64,000 nt of DNA from Trichoplax adhaerens (Eukaryota > Animalia > Placozoa): contig NW_002060946.1 in assembly GCF_000150275.1 (NCBI RefSeq), forward strand, positions 6,677,855 through 6,741,854, given 5' to 3'. This document shows positions 1 through 14,337 of the stretch, one piece after another (positions within the stretch are counted from its first letter, which is position 1; the number at the start of each line of letters is the position of its first letter). The translations under genes and the position numbers were made by a program. The notes below the pieces were generated by a model, which did no database searches, was not told where the DNA came from, and worked only from the letters and a program-made list of their open reading frames with translations.

Positions 1-11
1 TTCTTTCTTAG

Positions 12-3000
12 GATCGATGATGACAATCCAATTAAATTTTACTCGCAAAGTAGTTTGTAGCCAATGCAAAATTTATTTACTTACTATTGATAATTGGAAA
101 AAGTTGCAAGCCGGCATCCATTATAATGATAAATCGGAACAAGAGAAATCGTGTCAAAATATCTTGCGGACTGCTCATCTTTATGGTAAGAGGCCTATAC
201 AGTGCGCCGTAATTTCGTGCAATATCTAATAGATGATCCTAGATTATCGCAAATTATATGTTTAATCAATTTATGACTATATTTTATTTCGATATAGTAT
301 TTCAAAGTGTATATGCCAATATTTAAGAGTACAACTGGTTTATTGCTGAGATATTGGATTTCCAAAAGTGATTGTTTACCTTATTACTAGTAATACAGTG
401 TATTTATCATCGCCATATAAAAGAATATTTTTCTCACAACTGGTATGAATTACGATACCAGTTGAACAATGTAGCAGTTAAAGTCATTTATAGGATAATC
501 GACTGCACCGTTCGCCAAGTATACTTTATATGCATCCACTCCTTGATGATAGAAATAGGAAAAATATTTTCGTTATGACGGGCATCTTTGTGCAAAAGAA
601 ATTTATAACATTTAATTCGGCTTTATTCGATATCTCTTGCAGAATCTGGATGATATTTATAACTAATAACACATCTACTTCTCTTTACATACTATAAACC
701 TTGCTTTGAGAACAATATTCGTATTTATTTGAAGCATAAACGTAAATGTATATTTAAATAGTGTCCAGTATATGATTGGACTCATAATTAGTAATAATTG
801 TAGTTATAGGGTAATAAACTCAGATGGATTCACCCTCTATAGCTCTAGTTGCATAATCTATTCATATAACAGTACTTCTCTAGTATTATTCATAATATAG
901 CAGTGTTATACGCATATACTCGTGTATTAATAATTGCTAGGATAACAGTTAAAAAAATAGGATGTACAGATTGTTGTTATATTCTTATGGACTACATAAG
1001 CGTAAATGGAAGATCACTGTTCTAATTTACAATGCAACTATCTCAAAACCCATGTTTTATGCCTTTGTTATATGAAATGGATGATTTATTAATTACGTCA
1101 GTGATTCATTGTAACTAGACGCTACTTTTTAGTGGATATTATAGAGAATTCCTTGTCTCAATCTGTCATTACCTCCGCTACTCTGAATGACGAACAGTAT
1201 TCATGTTGGTATCTTGTCTATGCAAATCGTGCAACGTGCAATAGCATGTCCACGCCAGCGGAATCAATCACTCATCAAATAAATTATGTACTAACTCTTC
1301 AAAACGAAGCTATTGATAACAACACAATAACTCATTTCAGCGCTGAAGAAGAAGGTAATAACTTAAAATCCTTCACTTATAAAATAAGCAGAGTATCTTT
1401 AATTAAATTGAGATTTAATAATAATTTCATCAAACAGGGCTCATTTGCTACCTCCAGTATGGTAATACTATCTCTTTGAATGATTGATTAGTACCTTATA
1501 TAATTGCTATTAGGTATTCTCCTATTTTATCAACGTTTTACGTTCGTGCACTTTTTCGTAATGTGTCTTATGGCAAATTCAGTCGTACAAGTTATTAGCA
1601 AGGCTGGACCGATGCATCAGGTATTATTTGGGTTATAAATGAGTTCAATATTGAACTATTTTTATTCAATTACTTTATTATATCCAAGTTAAATAATCAA
1701 TTCGGATATGTTCTAATAGGCTATGGTACAGCTAGCATTTGCAGAAGTATTTCTATTTCTCAGCTTAATCCTTGCTACCTTTCACCTTCTGCAGTATGTA
1801 TAACCGTGCTATAATAAATTACTCAAAGTTAAATACCAATTTTGAAAATTAAATAACATTCGTAAAAATCTGGACTTTTATTACAGATACTCTTCAAATG
1901 GCATGGGTATGCCAATAATGTTGTTCTTATCCAATTGTGAGTACAATTTATGCTATCTCGTTTACCTATCGAGTCGATTTCCTGTTAATTGTTTAAGCCT
2001 ATTAAGAATATCACATGATACAGTCAGTACTGGTATCAATGGTCTAATAAACATTGGTTATTTAAACGACAGGTTTCGCTTTGGCATCGCGTTTCTATAT
2101 GTTTCGAATGCTTTGTGGAACGTCGTTTGCGTTACTACGTGGAAATACATTCCTTAAACCAAGCCGTGAAAATTGGGCTTTAACTATTGCCATATCGTCG
2201 GTTTTTGCAGAGGTTATTTCTTTTGCAATAGCAGATCTGCTGATCATTGTATTATCGATAATTTTAATCGATCTTTTTAATTCGGACTATTTTGTAGGAG
2301 ATAGTAATCTGGTATAAGTTGTTTTATGATGAACTTCATCGCTCCCTGATATGCTATTTTAGTCTTGGGACGCAGCCTTTAATCTTATTCAGACTTGTGG
2401 CTTTTGGTATTATCTGCTATAAATTGAGCGAAATGATATCAGAAGCGCGTGGAGCTCTGAAAAGGGAATTCTATGTTAGATTTTCTATGGTTAGTTTTCT
2501 TTCGTATTAAATCACCATTGATGTCTCCATAGTAATTATGACTATAATATATCTTTTAATTTTATTTATAATTTATCGCATGATATCTAATTTATAACAA
2601 TCGTATTACTCGATAGTGCTTGTTTAATTCCTTCTACGCTGTTTTAAATTTTTTAGATCTAGTTTGCTTTAGCATTTCTTATTTGTTTTGGATTATTTTT
2701 CAGTGTTGCATATTGTGGCTTCTTGCACCTGTTGTATTCTCGTGCTTGGCAAGCTTCTTTTGCCGACAGTACTTTGGAATAGCCGTAAGTATCTGCTGTA
2801 GAATGCATGCCCATTTATGCAATTGCTTATGAGATTCCGATATATGACATAATTTAAGCTGTTTATACCCTTTAAACCCTTTTACTGACTAAGTTACGAC
2901 TGTAACAACTTTATTTTTACAGCTGCTTGCTGATGGAACGTTACTGTTGCAATTTTGTGCTTCCTTTCTGATGTATCGATTGATTATGTCAAGAAGCCTA

Positions 3001-3066
3001 TATTGGGAAGTTTCAGCACTATCAGCTAGTATACTACCAACTAGGATTGGTTCAATCCACAGATAG
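12..3066 (+). CDS. GPR180: GPR180/ITR (GOST-family 7TM protein), multi-exon, 5' end outside the window
   Basis: Exons include 12-185, 1133-1353, 1514-1620 and a last exon 2922-3066. Peptides CKIYLLTIDNWKKLQ, THFSAEEEG, KAGPMHQ, YSSNGMGMP, ALKREFYVRF and YRLIMSRSLYWEVSALS align with human GPR180 as recalled (KLYLFQAQEWLKLQ, DHFSAGESG, KGGPMHM, YSKDGIGVP, TLKREFYITF, YRLFLSHSLYWEVSSLS). Some internal exon boundaries were not resolved. Confidence 0.88.
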
Positions 3067-3672
3067 ATTGTAAATTTTAATATCGAACATGTACATAACC
3101 ATTGCAACGTCAAAGATTGCTTGAAGTTCAAAATTTTAGGTTCTAAAGAGCGTATTTGTATTGCCATGTCATTTCAATATACTTGGTTGGTAAATACCAC
3201 AAATATCGCATCAAATTATTTACGCCATTTAAAGTGTACTACCATCAGATACTTTACGCCTCACTATATAGCTGATTTATTGAATAATGTTAATCGATAT
3301 ATCGTGTTTCTAAATATGTATATTACGAATAAACGTATATTCAACTATCTGTCAATTGCGGTACAATTATCGAATTGTACTACGTCTACTGGAAACTAAT
3401 TGTCCGTTTGAATACATTTATTAATCTGAAGGGCTAAAATATTTTATCATCATTGATATTGTCAAAGAACGTTTCTATAATTCGCGAATGGAATTTAAAT
3501 TCTATTTTTATCCTTTCAATTGATTGATTATATGATACTATAATTGGCTTTATTAGTACTAGCTTAACGTCCTGTCGCTTCGCTGACAGAAATACTACGG
3601 TCTTTTCAACTCTGAAATGGAATGATTGAAATTGTTTGATGAAATCAGTCAGTGGTGCTATATATTAGCTCT

Positions 3673-4704
3673 TTACGATGGACAACCTATGTTTGAATAT
3701 AGTGTAATTGACGGCGATAAATCAGACACCATGATTATTTGAGATGGTGCATCAGATGAAGCTATCCAATTGACTTTACACTTATGATCAATCACCACAG
3801 GAGCAGGATATTCACATTCTTCATCTTCATTTTCATCGCTACCATCACTTAGTAAATCCCAAAGCATAAGTTTACCGTCATTGCCTGCGCTTACAAGGTA
3901 GTTTGTAGATTGCCACCTGGTAAAGTGAGATTGATTAGCACATAGCGAATGGCCACTTAAACATTGCGTGTGAACTAATTCATCTTCCTCATAATCAGTT
4001 TCAAATACATAAATGTTACTATCATTAGTTGCACATGCAATTCGATTAGAATTCCATGCGACGTCAAGATGATGAATAAATGGTGGATTGACCATCGTCG
4101 CATGATTTGATTCCGATGGACTTATATCGTTAATGTTGATCGTTTGCAAAACCGTAGGATTTTCTTCACTATCGATGTCGTAGTAATTCAATTTACAATC
4201 CATACCAGCCGAGATCAACTTGAAGGGCTGATTTGGTAAGAATTGAACGCACGAACAAATGCTATCATGGCAGCATTTATCCATATAAACAGCTCCATTT
4301 CGTAAATCGATAACGACAATAAATCCAGCATCGTCACAAGCAGCTAAATGAGATTCCGTGCAATTTACAGCGATTTGATTAATTTCCTCTTTATTGTAAT
4401 CGAAAGAGCTGCATAAAGGATTCTGTTGACGTAAGTCATACTTGAAGATTCGTCGGTCATCATTGCAATATAAGACATGCTGGCTTCCATTGGCAAAAAT
4501 AACGCTATTGCATCCATAATCTGATTGATCTTCTACCCAATTAGGAGGAGGCAAGGTTCGAATTGTTTGTTTGTTGGATAGCTCCAGCACATCGACGACT
4601 CCATGATCGATCCCACATGCAACAGTGCCACCTTGGCTGATATCAACGGACAAGATTGAATTATCAGCTTTTGCCGATGATGGATGATACCTTTCAACTT
4701 GCAT
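3673..4704 (-). CDS. WDR53: WD40-repeat protein, WDR53-like; uninterrupted CDS of 343 aa
   Basis: YNKEEINQIAVN...LAACDDAG...HDSICSCVQF.PNQP..LISAGMD and MVNPPFIH match WDR53 (NEEEINCLSLN...LASADDSG...HSNICSSVAFRPQRP..LVSCGLD; LLNPALAH). GH..WD repeat ends are present. Confidence 0.85.
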   Translation of the reverse strand: MQVERYHPSSAKADNSILSVDISQGGTVACGIDHGVVDVLELSNKQTIRTLPPPNWVEDQSDYGCNSVIFANGSQHVLYCNDDRRIFKYDLRQQNPLCSSFDYNKEEINQIAVNCTESHLAACDDAGFIVVIDLRNGAVYMDKCCHDSICSCVQFLPNQPFKLISAGMDCKLNYYDIDSEENPTVLQTININDISPSESNHATMVNPPFIHHLDVAWNSNRIACATNDSNIYVFETDYEEDELVHTQCLSGHSLCANQSHFTRWQSTNYLVSAGNDGKLMLWDLLSDGSDENEDEECEYPAPVVIDHKCKVNWIASSDAPSQIIMVSDLSPSITLYSNIGCPS

Positions 4705-5077
4705 ACTGTCTTTTAAAAGTATTTGACAGGCTTAAGGATGATGTTGCATTTAATTTACTCGTATGCTTGGCTGTTTACAATACATTAATGTGGTGGGCCA
4801 ACAAGCCGCAACTGGTGTGATGGCTGGGCCTGCAGATTCCTTGTTTGCTTTGAATTACTAAATACAGCAGCACTATTTTGATACCTCTTAATTACACTGC
4901 CGTATACTACGTTAGTTAGGAACAGATGTCCTGTTAGCGACACAGCGTAGCTTTGTCAAGACTTATCCTACTATACTATACTATGAGTATGTCAGTCTAC
5001 TTATACTGTGTACAATATAGTATATATTCTAGTTGGTTTGCAGTAACTTGGCTCAATATTGCGACTATACTCCCTTT

Positions 5078-6513
5078 AACACGACAAATAGTTTTGCAGA
5101 AGCTGAGGAAAGACTTGAAACTGCAGTAAAAGTTCCTTTGACTTGATGAGTTGACAACACAGAGACAAAATCAATTGTAGTGATCATAATACTACGGTGT
5201 CCATCATCATCGATGGCGAGGTCTATCTAGAAAGTAGAAAGGAACAGATAGATTTGAACTCGTTGGAATTATTCGAGGCATAATACAGTCTTGCTAGCTA
5301 ATCAGCGTGTAGATTAGCCATTTTATGATGGATGGCAGTAGGCTAAATTGTGTATGATGGATGCAGCATTGGTAGAAGCCGTACTGTGCCTAATTGTAGC
5401 AAGTATCATAATGCAGTCTCGTTAGCTAATCAGCATATGGGTTTTTATGATGGCAGTGGGCTAAATTATGCATGATGCATGCAGCATTGGTAGAAGCCGT
5501 ACTATGCCTAATTGTAGCATGTATTAACCTGACAAATAGTTTTGCAAAAGCTGAGGAAAGACTTGAAACTGTAATAAAAGTTCCTTTGACTTTCTGACTT
5601 GACAACACAGAGACAAAATCAATTGTAGAGATCATAATACTGCGGTGTCCATCATCATCGATGGCGAGGTCTATCTAGAAAGTAGAAAGGAACAGATAGA
5701 TTTGAACTCGTTGGAATTATTCGAGGCATAATACAGTCTTGTTAGCTAATCAGCATGTAGATTAGCCATTTTATGATGGATGGCAGCGGGCTAAATTATG
5801 CATGATGTATGCAGCATTGGTAGAAGCCGTACTGTGCCTAATTGTAGCATGTATTAACCTGACAAATAGTTTTGCAAAAGCTGAGGAAAGACTTGAAACT
5901 GTAATAAAAGTTCCTTTGACTTTCTGACTTGACAACACAGAGACAAAATCAATTGTAGAGATCATAATACTGCGGTGTCCATCATCATCGATGGCGAGGT
6001 CTATCTAGAAAGTAGAAAGGAACAGATAGATTTGAACTCGTTGGAATTATTCGAGGCATAATACAGTCTTGTTAGCTAATCAGCATGTAGATTAGCCATT
6101 TTATGATGGATGGCAGCGGGCTAAATTATGCATGATGCATGCAGCATTGGTAGAAGCCGTACTATGCCTAATTGTAGCATGTATTAACCTGACAAATAGT
6201 TTTGCAAAAGCTGAGGAAAGACTTGAAACTGTAATAAAAGTTCCTTTGACTTTCTGACTTGACAACACAGAGACAAAATCAATTGTAGTGATCATAATAC
6301 TACGGTATCCATCATCATCGATGGCGAGATCTATCTAGAAAGTAGAAAGGAACAGATAGATTTGGACTCGTTGGAATTATTCGAGGCATAATACAGTCTT
6401 GTTAGCTAATCAGCATGTGGATTAGCCATTTTATGATGGATGGCAGCGGGCTAAATTATGCATGATGTATGCAGCATTGGTAGAAGCCGTACTGTGCCTA
6501 ATTGTAGCATGTA
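5078..6513. repeat. Tandem array, 330-bp unit, about 4 copies, between the divergent WDR53 and UBXN7 starts
   Basis: The anchor gacaaatagttttgc occurs at about 5083, 5531, 5861 and 6191. The first interval is lengthened by a partial internal duplication. Copies are near-identical. Confidence 0.95.
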
Positions 6514-6792
6514 GTAGTGACATTAGTTTTGCTTAGCAATACCAAGTTGTAAGAATGGGTCAATCGTTTGCCTAAGAAATCACTTTCTTTCGTCAGTGAA
6601 TCAGAATGCTAAGTCAAAACCCTTCCATTCCCGGTCAAAGTCATGTCACGATCATGTGCCTACAGTAATGAGTACAGTAGCCGGTGAATGGCTTCTCGTT
6701 CCCCTCTGGCATTTTTAAATCACACATGCGCACACTTAAAGTTAGCGGCCTTACTCTTCGCTTTATTGGAGGTTAATGTTCCTTCAAGGAAG

Positions 6793-9700
6793 ATGGCGAC
6801 TGTTCCAAATAGTGCTGAATGGCGCTACCTTTGTCAGCAATTTATTGCTGTTACTGATGCTACACCAGAAATTGCCAAAAATATGCTAGAAGCTACTACT
6901 GGAAATCTTGAAGAAGCCATTAATCTTTACTTAGAATACTCACGTCGTGATACTACCAATGTCTCATCCAGTACTGCAGAAACGATTTCACCGCAACAGG
7001 AGCAGTTGAGTATCCTAGCCAATTTTTTGGATAGTCTATAATGAATCCTGATAGAGTAACGAAACACTGATTTTAGAATGTTCCCTTGTTCTATGTCACA
7101 ACCATACAAATAAAACAACGGTCGATATTATAACTGCCCCTTGAAACATGTTAATAGATTATGGATTCAATATGCAGTGTAGTAAATTTGTAGAACTGCC
7201 AACATTGTTCATTTTGTCCATGATGGACATATCATTTATCAACTCGTCATATCAGAATAAGGAATGATGATTTTCATTATTCAGGGAATATGTACGTGAT
7301 CCAATTCCTCAGACACAAGAAGTTTTAGTGCAAGGCAGCAATTTTGTTCAAAGTAAGTACCGTTGTCAATTTTTAAATGTAAAATATTGTAAGCTGAGGA
7401 CAATCTCCTTTATATTCTTGACAAACGCATATGCAATACACGACCTCAATACTCTTCTGTTCGTAAATTACTATGCTCGCATAAAACGACATTAGAAAGT
7501 GACACATCGACAAACTAGCAATGGATTAAAGCATAGTACAGCAAATTTCTATATAGCGTATGGACTTAACTACAGTATTTATTTGATGAATGAATTGCCT
7601 ATTGGCTGATCGACTAAAACTGATCAATGATGAACTTAATGGCTGTACTAAATACTTACTGTAACCTGTAATTGTCGTGGATTTAAAAGTTCAGTGATAC
7701 TATCATGCTATTGTACTATTAAATTGATTCAATTTTAGTTGCTTATGTTTCCTGTCTTTCTTGGCTAGATTTAGGTTAGAAATTTAAAATACTGTATTTT
7801 GAAAGTTCTGTTAAACTCTTTTCTAACGCTATAAATACGAGATATACGAACGAAGGATATATCATTCATTGGCCTTGGTAGTCATCACTACGTCTAATTC
7901 TAGAACTCTAATTCGATCCCTTGATAAGTAACTACATGATCTAGAGCAATGTAAAAATACAGCAATTGTCCTTAATTACATTGCTCTATCAGTGATTCAT
8001 TGGTAAAGTATAGAGAAGCTCCTGTCAATATCAATCTGTTACTAATGACTGCATCTTAGTGTCACATTTTCCTGCTCGATAGACGCACAATATTAATAAG
8101 CCATACTGCTCTACGTTGGCTCTGTACAAAAGTTGATATATGACGGCTTAATCTATGTGTACGTATATAGGAGCTTACAGGAAAAGAAAAATTTCGTCCA
8201 CGTCCCCATTCGATAACTTTCGTGATTACCGAGAAGAAGCGCGTATGTAATCGATGAATAATCTGCCAATTGGCCACTTTCTTAACCAGATTAAATATTT
8301 GTACTCTCTTGCTACTTGCAATCTTCAGGGATTAGAGAATCTGGTGAAACTTCATCATATAGTAGTAAGAAGCGAAACTTGAATGATCTATTTAGGCCAC
8401 CAATTGATCTAATTCATCATGGAGATTTTGAATCTGTGAGTATCACCAATATTATAGATACTATGATCGATTTCTTTACTTTTATTGATTACCTTTGATA
8501 CTATAATTGAACTGCTGTTATACCATTGTACAAAATTACATACACACGTACGCATACTTGTGTATAAATTAAACAAATCTCGAAATATTCGTTTACATAC
8601 ACCAGATGCTATCGTCTTACAGCGCAATCACCGACGTGATCACGTTTTGGACATAGAGTAATATTGATTGCCGACACTTTTCTTGATAGGCTCGTCAAAG
8701 GTGTCGAACAGAACAGAAATGGCTACTAGTTAATTTACAGGATATGAAAGAATTTAGCTGTCAAGTATTGAATCGGGATGTCTGGAGTAACGATATCGTG
8801 CGGGATATTATTAAAGAAAGTTTCGTTTTTTGGCAGGTAACATATAGTACTAAAGTAATGAAAATTTCTTTCACGTCTGAGATCTAAATTAACTGAATAA
8901 GTTATAAAATATCGCTTTATCGATCATTCAAAGGTTTACCATGATAGTGAAGAAGGATATCGATATGCGCGGTTATACAATGTTTCCTCTTATCCTCACA
9001 TTGCTATAATAGATCCCCGTACAGGTATTTCCCTTTTACACGTATACCTATTTATCAACCTGATTATATAAGTTATATCGTTTAGCAGCTTTGGTACTCT
9101 TGCTTCTTATTCTAAATGTGTCGATAGGCAACATCATCCTTGTAGAGGTTTCTATAAAATTTAAACGTAATTTATTTGTGTCAAATGAACGATATAGGAG
9201 GAAAATTACTATCATTATCGAAAACTGAAGCTTCTACTTTTTGTACTACAGGTTACTTATAGAGTTCTAGATACATTTTCTTAAATTGAAATACAATTAT
9301 GTTAAGATGCCATCAATTTGAAAATGAATCTATAATACTACAATCGTATACCTTACGAAATATTATGATAAAATTCTGTCTTTTGAAACCTAAATCCAAA
9401 AGGTTTAAACGAGTATTTTATCAAACTATAGTAACTCGATTTTTATCAGAAAATCCTATGATCGAGTCACCATCAAAGAACAGGTCAAAGCGAAAGGTAC
9501 AAATGATAATTTAAGTGTAGTATTATTTAACGCGCAGATAGTGGTACAGTTATTTTAACGTCTTTAGTGTCTTATCTATCAATTATGTAATTGAAACTTT
9601 CCTATTTCAGACAAATATAATAGATCATAGCGAGGAGTCACAATTAGAAGCTGCTATTGCAGCATCAATACAAGAATCTTGTGTAAATCATAAGACCAGT

Positions 9701-10466
9701 GAAAAGGTAGAAGAAACAGTTATTTTAGATAGTGATAGCGATGTCATTCTTTCCAAAAGCGATGATGACTTTAACGAAAGCGACAGTTGTGAGGAAGATA
9801 TAGGTATAAAAAATGGTAAGATCAATGTGCATCTTTCTTAAAATTATCAGCTCTGATATCCATGATCATAACTATTTTCTACGTTGATGTTATAGAAATT
9901 CGTAAACCATCCATTGAAAGTGAGAAATCTATTAGTGAAGTAATGGTTATAAACTCTGTTGTAAGAGAAACTGATGAGGTTGATTTGACTAGAAGTAAAG
10001 ATCAACTTTTACCGGAATATACGCGTAAGTAAATCGGTTTACTCACTACTTTATTAGAAATATACGCGTATAAGTTGGTTGTGTATGGCTAACTGAAAAT
10101 CTACGTACGCATTTCTCAGATACAAATCCTATTAAATTTTTACTTCGTTTTCCTAATGGAGAAAGAAGATATGCATCCTTTCAAGCCAGTGCTACTGTTA
10201 AGGTAAACAAACAGAATGATGAAAATATTGGTAATGTTTAATAATTCATAGCGCTAGCTATGGCACGGCAGTCGTAAATTAACTATATCTTTGATAATAT
10301 GCTACAGGAATTGTTAAAGTTCGTTTCAGATCAAGGATATGATATGCGAGAGTACGAACTAATTACAGCATTTCCCCGCCGAAATGTATCAAGCTTTCCG
10401 TTGAATTCATCTTTAGTTAATAACGGGCTACAAGGAAATGATACAATATTTGTACAGATGAAATAA
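6793..10466 (+). CDS. UBXN7: UBX domain protein 7 (UBA-UAS-UIM-UBX p97 adaptor), multi-exon
   Basis: UBA: QQFIAVTDATPEIAKNMLEATTGNLEEAINLY. Linker: VRDPIPQTQEVLV, FDNFRDY, LNDLFRPPIDL. UAS: KWLLVNLQDMKEFSCQVLNRDVWSN, YPHIAIIDPRTG. UIM: EESQLEAAIAASIQES. UBX: LLRFPNGERR...ELITAFPRR...DTIFVQMK*. Confidence 0.93.
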
Positions 10467-11174
10467 CAGTTGTTTGATATGGCTCATCTTGACTGTATTC
10501 ATTCTGCTGTTGTGTTATTAGATGGAGAATATCTTATGGCTAGACATTATTTGCAAACTGTAGAAAAATACGTTATTCATTTACAGTAAGAATTTGTAAT
10601 GATAATGAAAAGAGGATTATCGATTATTTGTTTATTGTATAAATTTTAGTATAAATTGCTATTCTGTGCACTATTTGTACATATTGTCATTTCAGCAGGA
10701 ATTATTTGGCTGTATCTTAAAGTCTATTGAAAGTGTGTGACGCTCATTTAGCGTTGTCAATTAATGAAGGACTATCAATATGGATCGTAATAAGTATCTA
10801 CGGTACTGTAAATTAGAACGCTACCGATAACCCACCCTTTCGCAATATGTTCTGTTGCCTTATCTCACATGATTATCGTTATTCGATGATTATTATTTTC
10901 TTACTATAGCAATTGCCATCATGTAGTCGATTTTTTAATGATTATTTATATCTCCAATAGATTCGTGATTTGCTACGTTCAATTTCTGATATTGTACAGA
11001 ATTAATATTGGTACCCGTTCTATCCTACAGTAATACGTGATAATTATTATTGTTTAATATTCTATTTTCAGCACCTTTTCTATAAACTAATGCATTATAG
11101 GCGTATTTGAGTCAATTTTCCTATGTTCCTACGTAGCTTATTGATTAAACAGTGGATCATTTTACTATTCTACT

Positions 11175-11366
11175 GATGGTCTATCGATATAGTCATAGCG
11201 TAGTGGGTTAATCACTTCCTTTTTGTACTCACATACGTTGTACAGTAGTAGTACAATAATATAATGTGTAGATGGTTTATCGATATAGTTATAGCGTAGT
11301 GGGTTAATCACTTCCTTTTTGTACTCACATACGTTGTACAGTAGTAGTACAATAATATAATGTGTA
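11175..11366. repeat. Direct tandem duplication, 96 bp x2
   Basis: gatggt.tatcgatatagt.atagcgtagtgggttaatcac... starts at 11175 and again at 11271. Confidence 0.92.
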
Positions 11367-12534
11367 TTAAACTGTGTAAATGCTCATTGAATAAGAAGCG
11401 TTGTGTTTTATCGCGAGTTTCGGAACGGACTCGGCCAATTTGCCCCTGATCGCTCACCATCGGATGATTTACCGTGGACAATTTGAAATAGTAGAGTGGA
11501 TATCGATCTTTACCAGGGATAGTTAGCAATGTTTTAAAAAGGATCGTTTGAGTTAGTAGTCCTTGTGAAAGGAAACTACAGTCATTACAGCAATCATGTT
11601 TATCTAATTACAGACTTGCGGTAAATATAAATCAACGCATTTTACTGCAAACACAATCATACTCAACGATCAGACCTTTTCTCTGGGATAAAGGCCAAAA
11701 ATATCGAAAGACAGTTCCTTACTGTAGATCTTCTGTGCCTCTTTCCTTAGCCATTGCGACTAATTTAACCGCACTGATAATAATTCAATGTTCCATTTTA
11801 ACAGACATCGAATTTATAGAAGTCATCATAAAAATACCTTTTAGCCTAAGTATATACGTAAGTTTTCTTCATGGACTACTCGATGCTATATTTAGTGTAG
11901 ACTTTAGGTGTGTCGTACTATGGATTTCTAGTACAATATTTAGTTACTAATTTTTTAAAGGAAGTAAACGCCTAGGCAGAGTTGAGCATCAGAGATCTAC
12001 AGTACAGTGCATGGATCCAGCATCTGCTTATGTTTACAGTAGAATGCAGAATACGGTACTTAAGAGTATAGCATTTTGACGACTTTCTAGTAAATGCTAT
12101 AGAGGTATTTTTCACCTCCACTAGTATACTGTTGGCTGCTAAATATGGAGGCTGATTATTATTTCGCTAGTCCATGAACTTTTAGATTGCTTGGCAACAA
12201 GTCTAAAAGTCCATGGCTGGTCATTCGAACTTGCCGTACTGATTACAGCTGGGCTCCAAAGTAGCTACCAAGTACAGTAGACTCACTCCTCTCTTGTATA
12301 AAGACAGTCGATTTTGAATTGACTAATTTTCATCTAAATTAAGTAATATTACGTTGAATCTTATTATCTGCAGCTAAGCTAACTTCTGCTTGGAAATATT
12401 CATGTAAGATTGTAGATGTTACTTGGAAAACAGACATGGAAGATTCATACTAACGTAAGTAGCCATTTTTCGATCTTTACTGCTTCATTGGGGGTAAGAA
12501 AAGTCCATCTGTCTGTAGCTACTGCCACTTCCTA

Positions 12535-12670
12535 CCGTCCATACTTCTGTACACAGTGTACAGTACTGTACAGTCCATACCATTTCCAGGTATGCCGCGT
12601 TGCATGCTGGTGACACAGTGTACAGTACACCGAACACTACAGTATCGCACACTGTACACTCTACGGTATG
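12535..12670. promoter_or_regulatory. GTAC/CAGTA-rich patch 190-320 bp upstream of the NDUFA1 ATG
   Basis: Dense gtacacagtgtacagtactgtacagt...gtgtacagtacac. The same motif family lies upstream of CUL4, the APP-like gene, TOM70 and SRSF. A regulatory role is inferred. Confidence 0.45.
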
Positions 12671-12855
12671 AGACTCTAGCTCCTCACGACTGTTGATTGC
12701 TGCTGGATCATTTTTTTCTGATATTGCTTCCGAGCGACGATTAATTATTTGGAAGCTTTTCCTCGGAGCTTTTTCATCGTTTGGCACCTTGTCTGCTGTG
12801 ATAGCAAGTTTAGAACTGATCGACTCAACGTTTCTCTTTGCTAATAGAAATTAAT

Positions 12856-14337
12856 ATGTGGTACGAAGCACTTCCGCCTTTTCTAATTATTATTGGCTTG
12901 ATGTCCGCATCGAGTTACGGCATGAAATTTGTTGACCGATTTGCCAATAACGGAAAGGTAAAAAAATTGAATAGTAAATGGACGAGAGCGAGATCGATTG
13001 ATCAGGGAATCGATATTAGTACTCTTATAGTTGCTACATTGAAATATCTGCATGTCAAGATTGATCATGATGTGATGCTGAGTGAGTTAGAAAAAAATAG
13101 AAATAAAAGCAATCACCACGCCAGATTGTACTGTACAGTATGGTAGAAGTCGAACAGACTAAGTATGCAGAAAGGCCTTTCTCCAATCACCAGTTAACCA
13201 TGGCGGTGAGTTGGTGGGGCTTACAGTTTGGTATTGATTGTGTATAAAATGAACAGTGCAACAGTTAATCTTCATCAAAGGCTAATTTGATCGCTAGTAT
13301 CAACATTAGTTAGCGCTAAACCGCTTTAATTCTAAGCAGTATGCGGTAGAGTGTATAACTGATAGTAGTTTTTAGAATTTCAGTACCAGATTGTGCTGTT
13401 GTATTGATTTATAACTAGACTACAGTAATTACGAGTAGATGGCAATGGCCAACATTACTACAACTTGACTGCTTCTCTAGTAGTTTATATCATAGCGTAA
13501 ATGCTTGTCAATGTTAAATTGGATCAATGTTGATCTAAAATTCTGGCTTTGGCCACCAAATTGACCGGATACTATACCGCCAGCGTAGACAGTACTGTAC
13601 TGTACTACTGTGCAATATTCATACCAGACTTGCGAGCTTTTTTTATTTTAAAAGGGAAGCCGTATGATGGCTAACCGTTCTTTTATTGCCTTTGCATTTC
13701 CTCTTGAATACTACACTAACAAAAATGAAGCTACTAAAAGTCTAAAATAGAAAAGCAGCCTATTCATAACTTGTTAAGGAACATGAATTCAAGCTTTTAG
13801 TTATACCGTGTAGACTGTATGTCATGCTGCACGGCTAAAGTAGCTGCGTTACTATGTGACAAGTGTTTTGCAATCCATAACGTTAGTCTACTCGTAAGTT
13901 GCTAGAAATAGACGTTGTGGCATCATTATATTAGATTACCATACCTTTTGTCGTAAAAGATAGCTTAATGTTTATATATTTACAAGAAGTCAGACTTGGT
14001 GATATGTCCTAAAATAGACAGTGCAGTTAACCCGGGCTGAAAACTCGAAAGGCATAACATTACCTATCGATTGGGAATTTTAACGCTTATTTTACAGTAA
14101 CCATTAAAATGAGGCAATTCTTTCCTTTGCAGCCGAAAAGATATAGATTGGACAAATACGAAAGGTATCTAATGGAACGCGATCGAAGAATCACTGGCAG
14201 TACAGCAGTTCAACAGGTACTATCTAAAATAAAGTTCCTACTTCTGCTTTTGTCGTAGCTACAGATTGATCAATTTTCAAGATGGTTGATGACCTATCTT
14301 TATTCTCCATTAGGATATATCTGGTCATCGCGCATAA
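12856..14337 (+). CDS. NDUFA1: NADH dehydrogenase 1 alpha subcomplex subunit 1 (MWFE)
   Basis: Exon 12856-12957 gives MWYEALPPFLIIIGLM...NNGK and exon 14133-14216 gives PKRYRLDKYERYLMERDRRITG. The terminal exon is uncertain: 14314-14337 (DISGHRA*) or 15214-15273 (GTEVL...*). Confidence 0.9.

Noticed and set aside
7010-7018. GTATCCTAG, a U12-like donor in UBXN7 exon 1
   Set aside because: It is phase 1, but the next exon needs phase 2. The U2-type donor ca|GTTGAGT at 7005 fits.
11415-11440. gagtttcggaacggactcggcca resembles a segment of RNase P RNA
   Set aside because: The conserved CR-I and CR-V motifs that form helix P4 are not found at suitable distances.
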